Below, piece by piece: positions 31,109 to 38,800 of a DNA stretch of 46,574 nucleotides; the first letter of the stretch is position 1; each line of letters begins with the position of its first letter. Location of the stretch: assembly GCA_964412865.1 (NCBI GenBank), contig CAYPQR010000001.1:1-46574 (forward strand). The letters run 5' to 3'. Source of the stretch: an uncultured Intrasporangiaceae bacterium (GTDB lineage: Bacteria; Actinomycetota; Actinomycetes; Actinomycetales; Dermatophilaceae). A model generated the notes under the pieces. The model searched no databases and had not been told where the DNA came from. It saw only the letters and a list, made by a program, of their open reading frames with translations. The translations under genes were made by a program, and so were the position numbers.

Positions 31109-32280
31109 ACATGCCGCGCGTCGCCCTGGTCAGCTACTCCACCCGCCCGCGCGGCGGCATGGTGCACACCCTCTCGCTCGCCGACGCGCTCGTCGCACGA
31201 GAGGCACCCGTGCGGGTCGTCGCGCTCGACCGGCAACCGAGTATCGGCTTCTTCCGCCCAGTTTCGGCACCGTCGACGCTCATCCCCGGGCCGACACCGT
31301 TACCGACGCTGGAGGAACGCGTCTTCGCGTCCGTCGACGCGCTCGAGGACGGATTGCGCGACGTGGCCCGCGAAGTCGACATCCTGCACGCCCAGGACTG
31401 CATCTCCGCCCGCGCCGCGGCACGCGTGCGAGACGCCGGCGCCCCCGTCAAGGTCGTGCGCACCGTGCACCACGTCGACGACTTCACGACGCAGGCACTC
31501 GTCGACTGCCAGCGCCAGGCCATCCTCGAACCGGACGAGTTGATCGTCGTGAGCGATGACTGGCGACGCCGCCTGTCCGACGAGTACGGCGTCCGGGCGA
31601 CAGTCATCCACAACGGAGTCGATGTGGAGCGCTTCGGCCCGATCGCACCGAAGGCACGCGATCGCCTGCGGGAACAGGCCGGCGTCTCGAAACGCTTCGT
31701 GTTCCTCGCCGTGGGCGGCATCGAGCCGCGCAAGGGCACGATCGGGCTCTTCCGAGCTCTGGCGAAGGTGCACGAGCATCCTTTGCAGCCCGTGCTCGTC
31801 ATCATCGGCGGCCATTCGTTCCAGGACTACACCGCATACCGCGACAGGGCCTTGGAGCTGCTGGATGAACTGGGGCTCACCCTCGGAGTCGACGTGATCC
31901 AGGCCGGCACGGTGAGTGACGAAACCCTGCACCAGTGGTACCGGTCCGCAGACGCGCTGGCCTTTCCCTCTCTCAAGGAAGGCTGGGGACTCGCCGTGCT
32001 CGAGGCGCTCAGCGCCGAGCTGCCGGCGGTCACCAGCGACATCCCGGTGCTGCACGAATACCTCACAGACGGAGTCGACGCCGTGCTGACCGAGGCAGAC
32101 GACCCCGGCGACCTGGCTCGCGGTATGCGTGCCGTCATGGACGACCCGCGGTTGCGCTCACAGCTCGCGAGAGGCGGGACGGCCCTCGCGCGGCGCTTCA
32201 CCTGGTCGCGAACCGCCGCGGAGCACGAGCGGCTGTATCAAGCGGTGGTCGGCACCCCGCACAGCCGCGCAAACGCCTGA
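31105..32280 (+). CDS. GT4 glycosyltransferase, MSMEG_0565 family
   Basis: YSTRPRGGMVHTL.LADAL, HAQDCIS, RTVHHVDDF...LVDCQ..AI, GGIEPRK and FPSLKEGWGL motifs. Confidence 0.93.
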   Translation: MNMPRVALVSYSTRPRGGMVHTLSLADALVAREAPVRVVALDRQPSIGFFRPVSAPSTLIPGPTPLPTLEERVFASVDALEDGLRDVAREVDILHAQDCISARAAARVRDAGAPVKVVRTVHHVDDFTTQALVDCQRQAILEPDELIVVSDDWRRRLSDEYGVRATVIHNGVDVERFGPIAPKARDRLREQAGVSKRFVFLAVGGIEPRKGTIGLFRALAKVHEHPLQPVLVIIGGHSFQDYTAYRDRALELLDELGLTLGVDVIQAGTVSDETLHQWYRSADALAFPSLKEGWGLAVLEALSAELPAVTSDIPVLHEYLTDGVDAVLTEADDPGDLARGMRAVMDDPRLRSQLARGGTALARRFTWSRTAAEHERLYQAVVGTPHSRANA

Positions 32281-32303
32281 CAACCGACGGAAAGGACGGG
32301 ACG

Positions 32304-33638
32304 ATGGCAAGACGAATCGTGATCATCGGAGGTAGCGCCGCCGGGATGGGAGCCGCCGGTGCCGCCCAACAGGTGGACCCCGACGCGCACATCATCGTCT
32401 ACACGGAACTCGCGGACGTCGCCTACAGCCCGTGCGGCATCCCCTACGTGCACGGCAAGGAGATCGACTCGTTCGACCGCCTGATCCTGCAGGGGAAGCA
32501 GTTCTATGCGGACCGCGGATTCGAGATCCACTACGAGACCGTCGTGAGCGCGATCGACACCAAGAAGCGCACGATCGAGGTGCCCGGCCAGGGATCGGTC
32601 TCCTACGACCAGCTGGTGATCGCCACCGGATTCAAGTACGAGCAGCCGAACGTGCCCGGCGCCGACCTCGGCAACCTCTACTATGTGCGCGACATCCGCA
32701 ACGCGCAGAAGTGGGACGTCATCCTCGACTCGGTCCACCAGGCGGTGATCGCCGAGGCCCAGCCGATCGGCGTCGAGATGGCAACCGCACTCGCGCATCG
32801 CGGCATCGAGACGCACCTGGTCGACCCGCATCCCTGGCCGATGGCGGAGATCACCGACCCGGACATCATGGAACCGGTCGAGGAATCGTGGCAGGAACTG
32901 GGTGTGCACCTGCACCTGAACACCACCATCGACGCATTCCTCGGCACCGAACGGGTGCAGGCGGTCCGCACGTCGGACGGCGAAATCCCTGTCGACATGG
33001 TCGTCGTCGGCACCAAGAAGCTGCCGAACAACGATCTGGCGGCCGCGGCGGGCGTCAAACGCGGGTCGACCGGCGGGCTGATCGTCGACGAGCACATGCG
33101 CACGTCGGTGCCCGGAGTCTTCGCCGCGGGAGACTGCGTCGAGGTGCCGCAGGGCACGACCGGCGTGCCCGTGCAGGGATTGTCCGGAAGCCACGCATAT
33201 GCGCAGGGGAAGATCGCCGGCAGCGGTGCCGCCGGCACGCTGCGCAGCTATGCACCCGTGCACGTGCCATGGGGTCTGGTCGCCGGCAAGTGGATGATCG
33301 GCGGGGTCTCGTTCGGTGAGACGCTCGCCGGGGCGCTGGGCATTCCCTACGTCAAGGGCGTCGCCGAGGGAATCTCACGAGCGCGCTACTACCCGGGCTT
33401 CAAGAAAATCCGGGTCAAGCTGCTGGCAGAGCCCGGCACACTCAAGCTGATCGGTGCTCAGCTCGTCGGCGGCGAAGGGGTCAAGGAGCGTTGCGACTTC
33501 CTCGCCATGGCAGCGCGCAAGGGCCTGACACTGCACGATATCGCGTGGATGGAGAACGTCTATTCACCTGCCATGGGTGCTCTTTCGGAGCCCATGGCAC
33601 TTGCGGCACAGAACGGACTGGCGGCGGTGGCGTCATGA
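32304..33638 (+). CDS. FAD-dependent CoA-disulfide reductase / NADH oxidase-like flavoprotein
   Basis: IIGGSAAG FAD motif, YSPCGIPY single redox Cys, LVIATG, VFAAGD, SRARYYPG and YSP motifs. The NAD(P)H-binding motif is degenerate. Confidence 0.88.
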   Translation: MARRIVIIGGSAAGMGAAGAAQQVDPDAHIIVYTELADVAYSPCGIPYVHGKEIDSFDRLILQGKQFYADRGFEIHYETVVSAIDTKKRTIEVPGQGSVSYDQLVIATGFKYEQPNVPGADLGNLYYVRDIRNAQKWDVILDSVHQAVIAEAQPIGVEMATALAHRGIETHLVDPHPWPMAEITDPDIMEPVEESWQELGVHLHLNTTIDAFLGTERVQAVRTSDGEIPVDMVVVGTKKLPNNDLAAAAGVKRGSTGGLIVDEHMRTSVPGVFAAGDCVEVPQGTTGVPVQGLSGSHAYAQGKIAGSGAAGTLRSYAPVHVPWGLVAGKWMIGGVSFGETLAGALGIPYVKGVAEGISRARYYPGFKKIRVKLLAEPGTLKLIGAQLVGGEGVKERCDFLAMAARKGLTLHDIAWMENVYSPAMGALSEPMALAAQNGLAAVAS

Positions 33639-33880
33639 ACCGGCTCTTCTGGTGGGTGCGCACCAATTCGCAGAAGTACCTCCTGGAAGCCACCCAGGCG
33701 GACCTCGCACGTCAGCATGGCCGCACGGGCCCCGTGGGCCGCAAGACCCCCGAAGTGGTCTTCTGGAAATACGTGTTCGTGCCGCTGTACCGCCGCCTGC
33801 CGTGGCAGGTGAAGCACCGGGTGATCACGGCCATGCCGGGCAGCCACAGGAAGGACTGGTCCTCGTCCCGGGAATCCTGA
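33635..33880 (+). CDS. Small hypothetical protein (81 aa, basic, Trp-rich)
   Basis: ATGA overlap with the reductase stop; followed by a strong terminator. Confidence 0.72.
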   Translation: MNRLFWWVRTNSQKYLLEATQADLARQHGRTGPVGRKTPEVVFWKYVFVPLYRRLPWQVKHRVITAMPGSHRKDWSSSRES

Positions 33881-33891
33881 GCCCGCATACG

Positions 33892-33928
33892 TCGAGGTGG
33901 CCCGCACACACGCGGCGGGCCACCTCGA
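33892..33928. terminator. Bidirectional intrinsic terminator
   Basis: Perfect 14-bp stem TCGAGGTGGCCCGC / GCGGGCCACCTCGA with a 9-nt loop, between convergent operons. Confidence 0.85.
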
Positions 33929-33943
33929 TTTCCGTGAGAAGCG

Positions 33944-34429
33944 TTACATCGTCCAGGTGTTCAGAGTCAGTGCGTGCTCCTTCCACGCGGTGATCGCAGC
34001 ATCCAGCACGTCCTTCGGGTTGATCGGCTTGACGCCCTCCATCATGTCGATCTCACGCATGCCGTAGAGCGCGGCGGCCGAGAACCTGCATGCGTATGCG
34101 TGCCCGCCCTCATCCATGAACCGCCGCAGCAGATTGTTGTAGTTCATGTTGCCCGGGAACCCTTCGTCACCGACCTTCGGGAATCCGCGGGTCGCGGCCG
34201 CGGCGAGTGACCCCGGCCCGAACATGACGAAGTGTGTCTCGAACCCCTTCCGCAGGATTCGGGTGGCGGTCAGCAAGTTGACCAGAGAGGCAGAACTCTC
34301 GAACGGCACGCAGTGGTAGAAGACGAAGGCCTTCTGCCCGGGTTCCGCTTGATGATCAGGAAAGACCTTGTCCTCGTAATCGACGATGGCGTCTCCTGCG
34401 CTCACCCGTTCACCGACGAAATCCACCAT
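33944..34429 (-). CDS. MSMEG_0572 / Sll0783 / NitB family DsrE-like nitrogen-starvation protein
   Basis: GD..VDYEDKVFPD..A.PG.KA, LVNLL.A.R..RKGFE, RGFPKVG.EGFPG and YACRF..AALYG motifs; RBS AAGGAG. Confidence 0.92.
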   Translation of the reverse strand: MVDFVGERVSAGDAIVDYEDKVFPDHQAEPGQKAFVFYHCVPFESSASLVNLLTATRILRKGFETHFVMFGPGSLAAAATRGFPKVGDEGFPGNMNYNNLLRRFMDEGGHAYACRFSAAALYGMREIDMMEGVKPINPKDVLDAAITAWKEHALTLNTWTM

Positions 34430-34484
34430 TGGCTTCTCCTTTCCGATGGATGACGATCTCAAAACGCCTACGAAAGCTCGGGTA

Positions 34485-35312
34485 TCAGTCGTACAGAGCA
34501 GCGAAGTTGTCTCGCAGGACGAGCTGGGCCAGCTCGCCGTCTCCGGTGGCGGCCTTCATCCGAGCCAGTTCACCGGCCTGGTCGCCCCACGGCTCGTCGC
34601 TCGCATACAACAGGTGGTCCTGCCCGATGCCACGCTTGTCGATCTCCTTGACGAGCCATCGCGGCGCAAAACCGACCGCCCAGCTGGTGTCCGTGTAAAC
34701 CTGCTTGCCCGCCTCGATCCAGTCGAAGAAGCGGTGACCGATGAGCTTGATGTGGGCGCTGACTCCCCCGCCCATGTGCACCAGGTGGATCTTGACGTCG
34801 TCGGCATAGCGGTCCACCAGCGTGCCGACGACATCGATGTCGGAATTGCCGCCCGGGGACGTGTGCACGTGGACGACGAGGTCATGCTCACGCGCCGCCG
34901 CAAAGATCCTGTCGAGCTGGACGATGCAGTCGGGATCGTCGGCCCGCCCGCCCAGCAGGAAGCTGGTCTTGAGCACCTTCACCCCGGACTCACCGGCGAG
35001 GGCCAGGGCCTTGTCGTTCAGTTCCGCGTCCTGGGGCCGTGGAGAGGTCCAGATCCCACACCTGATCCGGTCGTCGGCCGCGGCGGCCTCCAGCGCGAGC
35101 TCGTTGAGAGAGAACGACACCTTCGGATCCGGTACGCCGTAATTCGGTATCACCAGAGCACGTTCGGTCCCTTCTCGGTCCAGGTCGGCGATGAGTTCGG
35201 CGACCGTGGCACGCGCAGAGATGTCGGGATGCACCGGCGGCCCGCCATAGAACGGATACTCGGGCATGATCCCAATGTGGCGATGAGCATCGTTGACAAG
35301 CGAACTGGACAT
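34485..35312 (-). CDS. Metal-dependent amidohydrolase (amidohydro_2-like TIM barrel)
   Basis: DAHRH (HxH), VHVHT, LVHMGG, YTDTS and ASDEPW metal-ligand motifs; true start ATG 35312 inside the 645-aa ORF. Confidence 0.88.
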   Translation of the reverse strand: MSSSLVNDAHRHIGIMPEYPFYGGPPVHPDISARATVAELIADLDREGTERALVIPNYGVPDPKVSFSLNELALEAAAADDRIRCGIWTSPRPQDAELNDKALALAGESGVKVLKTSFLLGGRADDPDCIVQLDRIFAAAREHDLVVHVHTSPGGNSDIDVVGTLVDRYADDVKIHLVHMGGGVSAHIKLIGHRFFDWIEAGKQVYTDTSWAVGFAPRWLVKEIDKRGIGQDHLLYASDEPWGDQAGELARMKAATGDGELAQLVLRDNFAALYD

Positions 35313-35330
35313 ACCGATCACGATACAACA
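35313..35330 (-). promoter_or_regulatory. Putative -10 element, leaderless amidohydrolase transcript
   Basis: Minus strand TATCGT, 7 nt, then ATG; no SD. Confidence 0.5.
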
Positions 35331-35425
35331 GAAACGTATCGGATAGTAGAGGTCGCGTCTTCCTTGCCATACACGACACCCACGTCTTGTATCACCGGAA
35401 CTCCTAGCATCGTCAGCTATAGTTG

Positions 35426-35782
35426 ATGGCCGTGAGCGAGTCCGGAACGCCCCCTGAATCCGCTGAGGACAGCGCAATTGCTGCCTCGACAGACGAGCGC
35501 GAACGCGCCGCCGCGGAGCGCTGGCGGGCCGCGGAGGGCCGGCTGTATCCGCTGATCGTCGCCGACCCCGACCTGTATACGCTGGCGGTGGAACTCGTCG
35601 TCGAAGTGCGGGAGTTGCTGCGGGTCGAGTGTGCGTCGGTCGACGCGCTGATCGGTGCCGCGGCCACCAACGTGCTGTCACGCTGCGGCACGACGGCGAA
35701 GGTCCGGGCCGAAGGCTTCGACCCTGTCGTCGCCTTCGATGCGGCCCGGGCGGCACGACTACGCGAACTCCGACAGTCCTGA
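35426..35782 (+). CDS. Hypothetical protein (~117 aa)
   Basis: Helical protein-like ORF (RWRAAEGRLYPLIVADPDLY) preceded by TATAGT at 35418-35423; the start may be GTG 35432. Confidence 0.72.
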   Translation: MAVSESGTPPESAEDSAIAASTDERERAAAERWRAAEGRLYPLIVADPDLYTLAVELVVEVRELLRVECASVDALIGAAATNVLSRCGTTAKVRAEGFDPVVAFDAARAARLRELRQS

Positions 35783-35792
35783 GGGGGCACCA

Positions 35793-36482
35793 GTGAAAAA
35801 CGCGATGACGGCGGACCGTTCCGCCCGAGATATTCCCCGCCGCTCCACCAAGGCAGCAGTGCCTGCGAGGGCCGCCCATTCCCATGGCGGCTCGTCCCAT
35901 GCGGCCCGCGTCGACGAACACGTCACCGGGATCGTCAATTCGATCGGCGCCAAGGTGAAGCACTTGCGCAAGACGCAGCGCCTGTCGCTGCAACAGCTCG
36001 CCGCCAAGGCGGATGTCTCGGCGGCAGCCATACACAAGGTCGAGCGCAACGACATGGTGCCGACGGTCACGACTCTGCTGAAGATCGCGACGGCGCTCGA
36101 CTGCCCCGTCGGGTATTTCATCGGCGACGACCGGCTGGCCGATCCCGTCGCATTCATCCCTGCGGGGCAGCGCGAAGAAGTGTTCACGCCGCATGCCGGT
36201 CTGCACCTGGCCGGCGTCTCCGGGCCCTACTCGCCGTTCCACAGCGCGGCCGCAATGGCAACCGTGGACCCGGGCGCGGACAGCGGGAGCAAGCCGCTCT
36301 CCCATCCCGGCGAAGAACTGGTCTTCATCGTCAGCGGTGGCCTGACCTTCGAGATCGCGGGCACGGTGTATCGACTGCGGCGGGGCGACTCGCTGCACTT
36401 CCTCGGCGACCAGCCCCACCACTGGGCCAATGAGCGCAAGACGGCGACGCGGGCGCTCTGGTATGTGCTGCGCGACTCATAG
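35793..36482 (+). CDS. XRE-family HTH regulator with C-terminal cupin domain
   Basis: IGAKVKHLRK..RLSLQQLA.KADVS..AI.KVER...PT HTH and HPGEELVF....G...GDSLHF..DQPH cupin. Confidence 0.92.
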   Translation: MKNAMTADRSARDIPRRSTKAAVPARAAHSHGGSSHAARVDEHVTGIVNSIGAKVKHLRKTQRLSLQQLAAKADVSAAAIHKVERNDMVPTVTTLLKIATALDCPVGYFIGDDRLADPVAFIPAGQREEVFTPHAGLHLAGVSGPYSPFHSAAAMATVDPGADSGSKPLSHPGEELVFIVSGGLTFEIAGTVYRLRRGDSLHFLGDQPHHWANERKTATRALWYVLRDS

Positions 36483-36565
36483 ACCTTGTCGAGGGTCGGG
36501 TATCCCATCTCGCGGCGCTGCCGGTCGGCAGCACCGTCGTCCCAGGACAGACGGATAGCTGACCC

Positions 36566-37411
36566 GTGGCGGCCTTGACGGGTGTGACGGCGCAGGGAGC
36601 ACGATGGTCGTGCCCGGTCTCGGCCGTGAGCCGGCCGGCGTTGCGCCTGCTGTCAGGTCGCACCGGGCTGAGCGTCCACTCGGTCTTCAGTGCGGCGGTG
36701 AATCTGCGGGTGGGCGATCGACTCGTCACCTGCACGTCCGGGGGCGATCGAGCGCCTCACGGTGTGGCCGTCAACGCGTCAGGGCTGAGCCAACTACAGC
36801 GGTCGGTGAGTGCGGAGCGGGCCGTCCTGGGATGGGTTGCCGAGGCTGAGCCGACGCAGCGCGCTGTCGTCTATGACCCGTCGGTGCCCAGGGTGGATGC
36901 TGCTGCGGCACGCACCGGAGCCCACCGACTGCTCGAGCATCTCGAGCGGGCTCGCCCATCGACCGGGTTCGGCGATGACTGGGCACGACTGGCCAGAGAT
37001 CCGGCACTCTCGGCGATGGTCCACTCCGCGAGTCGTGGCGTGATCGGAGAGGCTGTCCTCGCCTGCCTGGGAAGGGGGCCCGGCCTGACCCCGAGTGGTG
37101 ATGACGTGCTGGTCGGTGCCGTCTGCGCGCTGCGGTCGATCGCTGAAGTGGACGCGAAGCGTCTCGCCCGGCTCGACGAGCTGCTCGAGGGACACGGCCA
37201 TGACCTCACGACCGACGTGTCCGTCGAGTACCTGCGCTATGCCTGCCGTGGTATGGCGAGCGGCGCGGTGGTAGAACTGCTGACGGCCCTCGGTGGACCT
37301 GAGGTCACCGTCATGATCCACGCGGTCGATCGACTACGCCGCTTCGGCCACACCTCCGGCATGGACATGTTGCTGGGCGTCATCATCGCCCTGACGGCCG
37401 ACGCCACCTGA
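36566..37411 (+). CDS. DUF2877 protein (YahE/YlbF/AllH-like)
   Basis: VHSVFS.AVNL, LG.GPGLTPSGDD.LVG, TTDVS and GHTSG.D.L.G motifs. Confidence 0.9.
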   Translation: MAALTGVTAQGARWSCPVSAVSRPALRLLSGRTGLSVHSVFSAAVNLRVGDRLVTCTSGGDRAPHGVAVNASGLSQLQRSVSAERAVLGWVAEAEPTQRAVVYDPSVPRVDAAAARTGAHRLLEHLERARPSTGFGDDWARLARDPALSAMVHSASRGVIGEAVLACLGRGPGLTPSGDDVLVGAVCALRSIAEVDAKRLARLDELLEGHGHDLTTDVSVEYLRYACRGMASGAVVELLTALGGPEVTVMIHAVDRLRRFGHTSGMDMLLGVIIALTADAT

Positions 37412-37646
37412 GGCTGTCGGCAGACCCGGACCCCCGGAAGACGCGCTGAGGGCCGGCCGGGCGTAGTTCGTATCGCCACACCTGCCCGCCGACCAGGACA
37501 CGACCCTTCCACCGGCCCGTCGTTCGCCAGGCAAGCACACGCTCGGGTTCGGCCCCGATGACGTCGTTGACACCGCGATAGCGCAGCGTAGATGGCGTGT
37601 GGTGCCGCCGCGATCGGGCGCTCCACTCACACCCACGTCGAAGGTC

Positions 37647-38177
37647 TCATGGCGTCACCGTGCGCGCTGTGGCCCGGCGTGCGTAGGAGACGGTGACGGC
37701 CGCCAACAACGGGCCCCACGCGACCAGCGGGAGGTATGCCAGCCCCACCAACACCGCTCCGGCCTCGGTCATGCCGGGATGATCAATGGCCCACCACGCC
37801 AGATTGGGTGTCCAGATCACCGTCAGGATTCCGGCGCCCACCGCCGCGACGGTGACCACCCAGCGTGTGCGCAGCGGACGCCGGCCGTATCTCGGCACCC
37901 AGCGTGGAACCGCTTCTCCCCAGGGCGCGACCAGACCGATGGTCAACAGCGCGGCCACCTCGGTCGCGACGCTCAAGGCGATCAGGTATGCACGGCCATC
38001 CCATCCGCCGACTCCGAGATCGTCCAGACCGGCTTCGGTATAGCCGGCGGACAGTCCCAGCGCCAGCGCGAGCCGCCACACTGCGGAGGGCACCGGCGTC
38101 AGCGCCGCCGTGTGCGCCGCGATCCGCGCCCAGCGAGGCGGCGACGCACGCGCGGCGTCTACCGGGCACCAATTCAT
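37647..38177 (-). CDS. Hypothetical integral membrane protein
   Basis: About four hydrophobic segments; PSAVWRL, WGE.VPRW.P and WGPLL motifs; start uncertain (38177 or 38183). Confidence 0.75.
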   Translation of the reverse strand: MNWCPVDAARASPPRWARIAAHTAALTPVPSAVWRLALALGLSAGYTEAGLDDLGVGGWDGRAYLIALSVATEVAALLTIGLVAPWGEAVPRWVPRYGRRPLRTRWVVTVAAVGAGILTVIWTPNLAWWAIDHPGMTEAGAVLVGLAYLPLVAWGPLLAAVTVSYARRATARTVTP

Positions 38178-38344
38178 CCCCAATCACACCCTGTGATGCT
38201 CGAGCGGACCCGTGGCTGACACCGTAGGTAACTCCGCCGCGGCGGTCCACCGCATTAACCGGTGATCTGCCGGAACGTCACGTGAGCGCACCTGCTCGGA
38301 CAAAACCGGTCGTGCTATCCCCGGTTCGTTCGTATGGTCGCCCC

Positions 38345-38770
38345 ATGACACGAGTCGATCTTTGGCGCGACCGCCCCGACGATCTGCACGCCATCCAGGA
38401 CCTCGTCCGACGCGCCCACCGATCGCAGCACGACGTGGACGCGTTGGTGGGGCTGCACACCGAGGGCGCGGTGATCGTCAACCTCGCGGGCCGGCGCGTC
38501 CTCGGCGCCACGGCTTTCGCCGAAGCCATGTCCGCCGCACTGGCCTCTCCGCTTGCGGACGTCCACACCACGGTGGAGATTGTCGATGTGCGTCCGTGCG
38601 GCGAGGACAGCGCGATTGCCAGTTGCATCAAGACGGTTCGCGATGAGCGGAGCACCGGTGAAGCGGATGAGGGTCTGCCTTCTCGGGCAGCGCTCTCCTA
38701 CGTCGTGGTCAAGGTCGAAGGCGCCTGGAAGATCGCCCTCGCCCAGTCCACGCCGATGATGGGCATTTAG
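38345..38770 (+). CDS. NTF2-like / SnoaL-like (SgcJ/EcaC-type) protein
   Basis: AVIVNLAGRRVLG, DVRPCG.D.AIA and YVVVK..G.WKIALAQSTP motifs; TATGGT, 6 nt, then ATG suggests a leaderless start. Confidence 0.82.
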   Translation: MTRVDLWRDRPDDLHAIQDLVRRAHRSQHDVDALVGLHTEGAVIVNLAGRRVLGATAFAEAMSAALASPLADVHTTVEIVDVRPCGEDSAIASCIKTVRDERSTGEADEGLPSRAALSYVVVKVEGAWKIALAQSTPMMGI

Positions 38771-38800
38771 CGAGCCCGGAGCGCACGACGTCGCGCGGCA

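Noticed and set aside
27190-33880. RiPP cluster (radical SAM plus small ORF as precursor)
   Set aside because: The radical SAM protein is of the MSMEG_0568 family with no evident SPASM or RRE domain, and the 81-aa ORF has no leader/core pattern.
34485-36422. 645-aa ORF suggesting a long amidohydrolase
   Set aside because: The N-terminal 370 aa are antisense to the XRE-cupin and hypothetical genes; the HxH motif follows ATG 35312.
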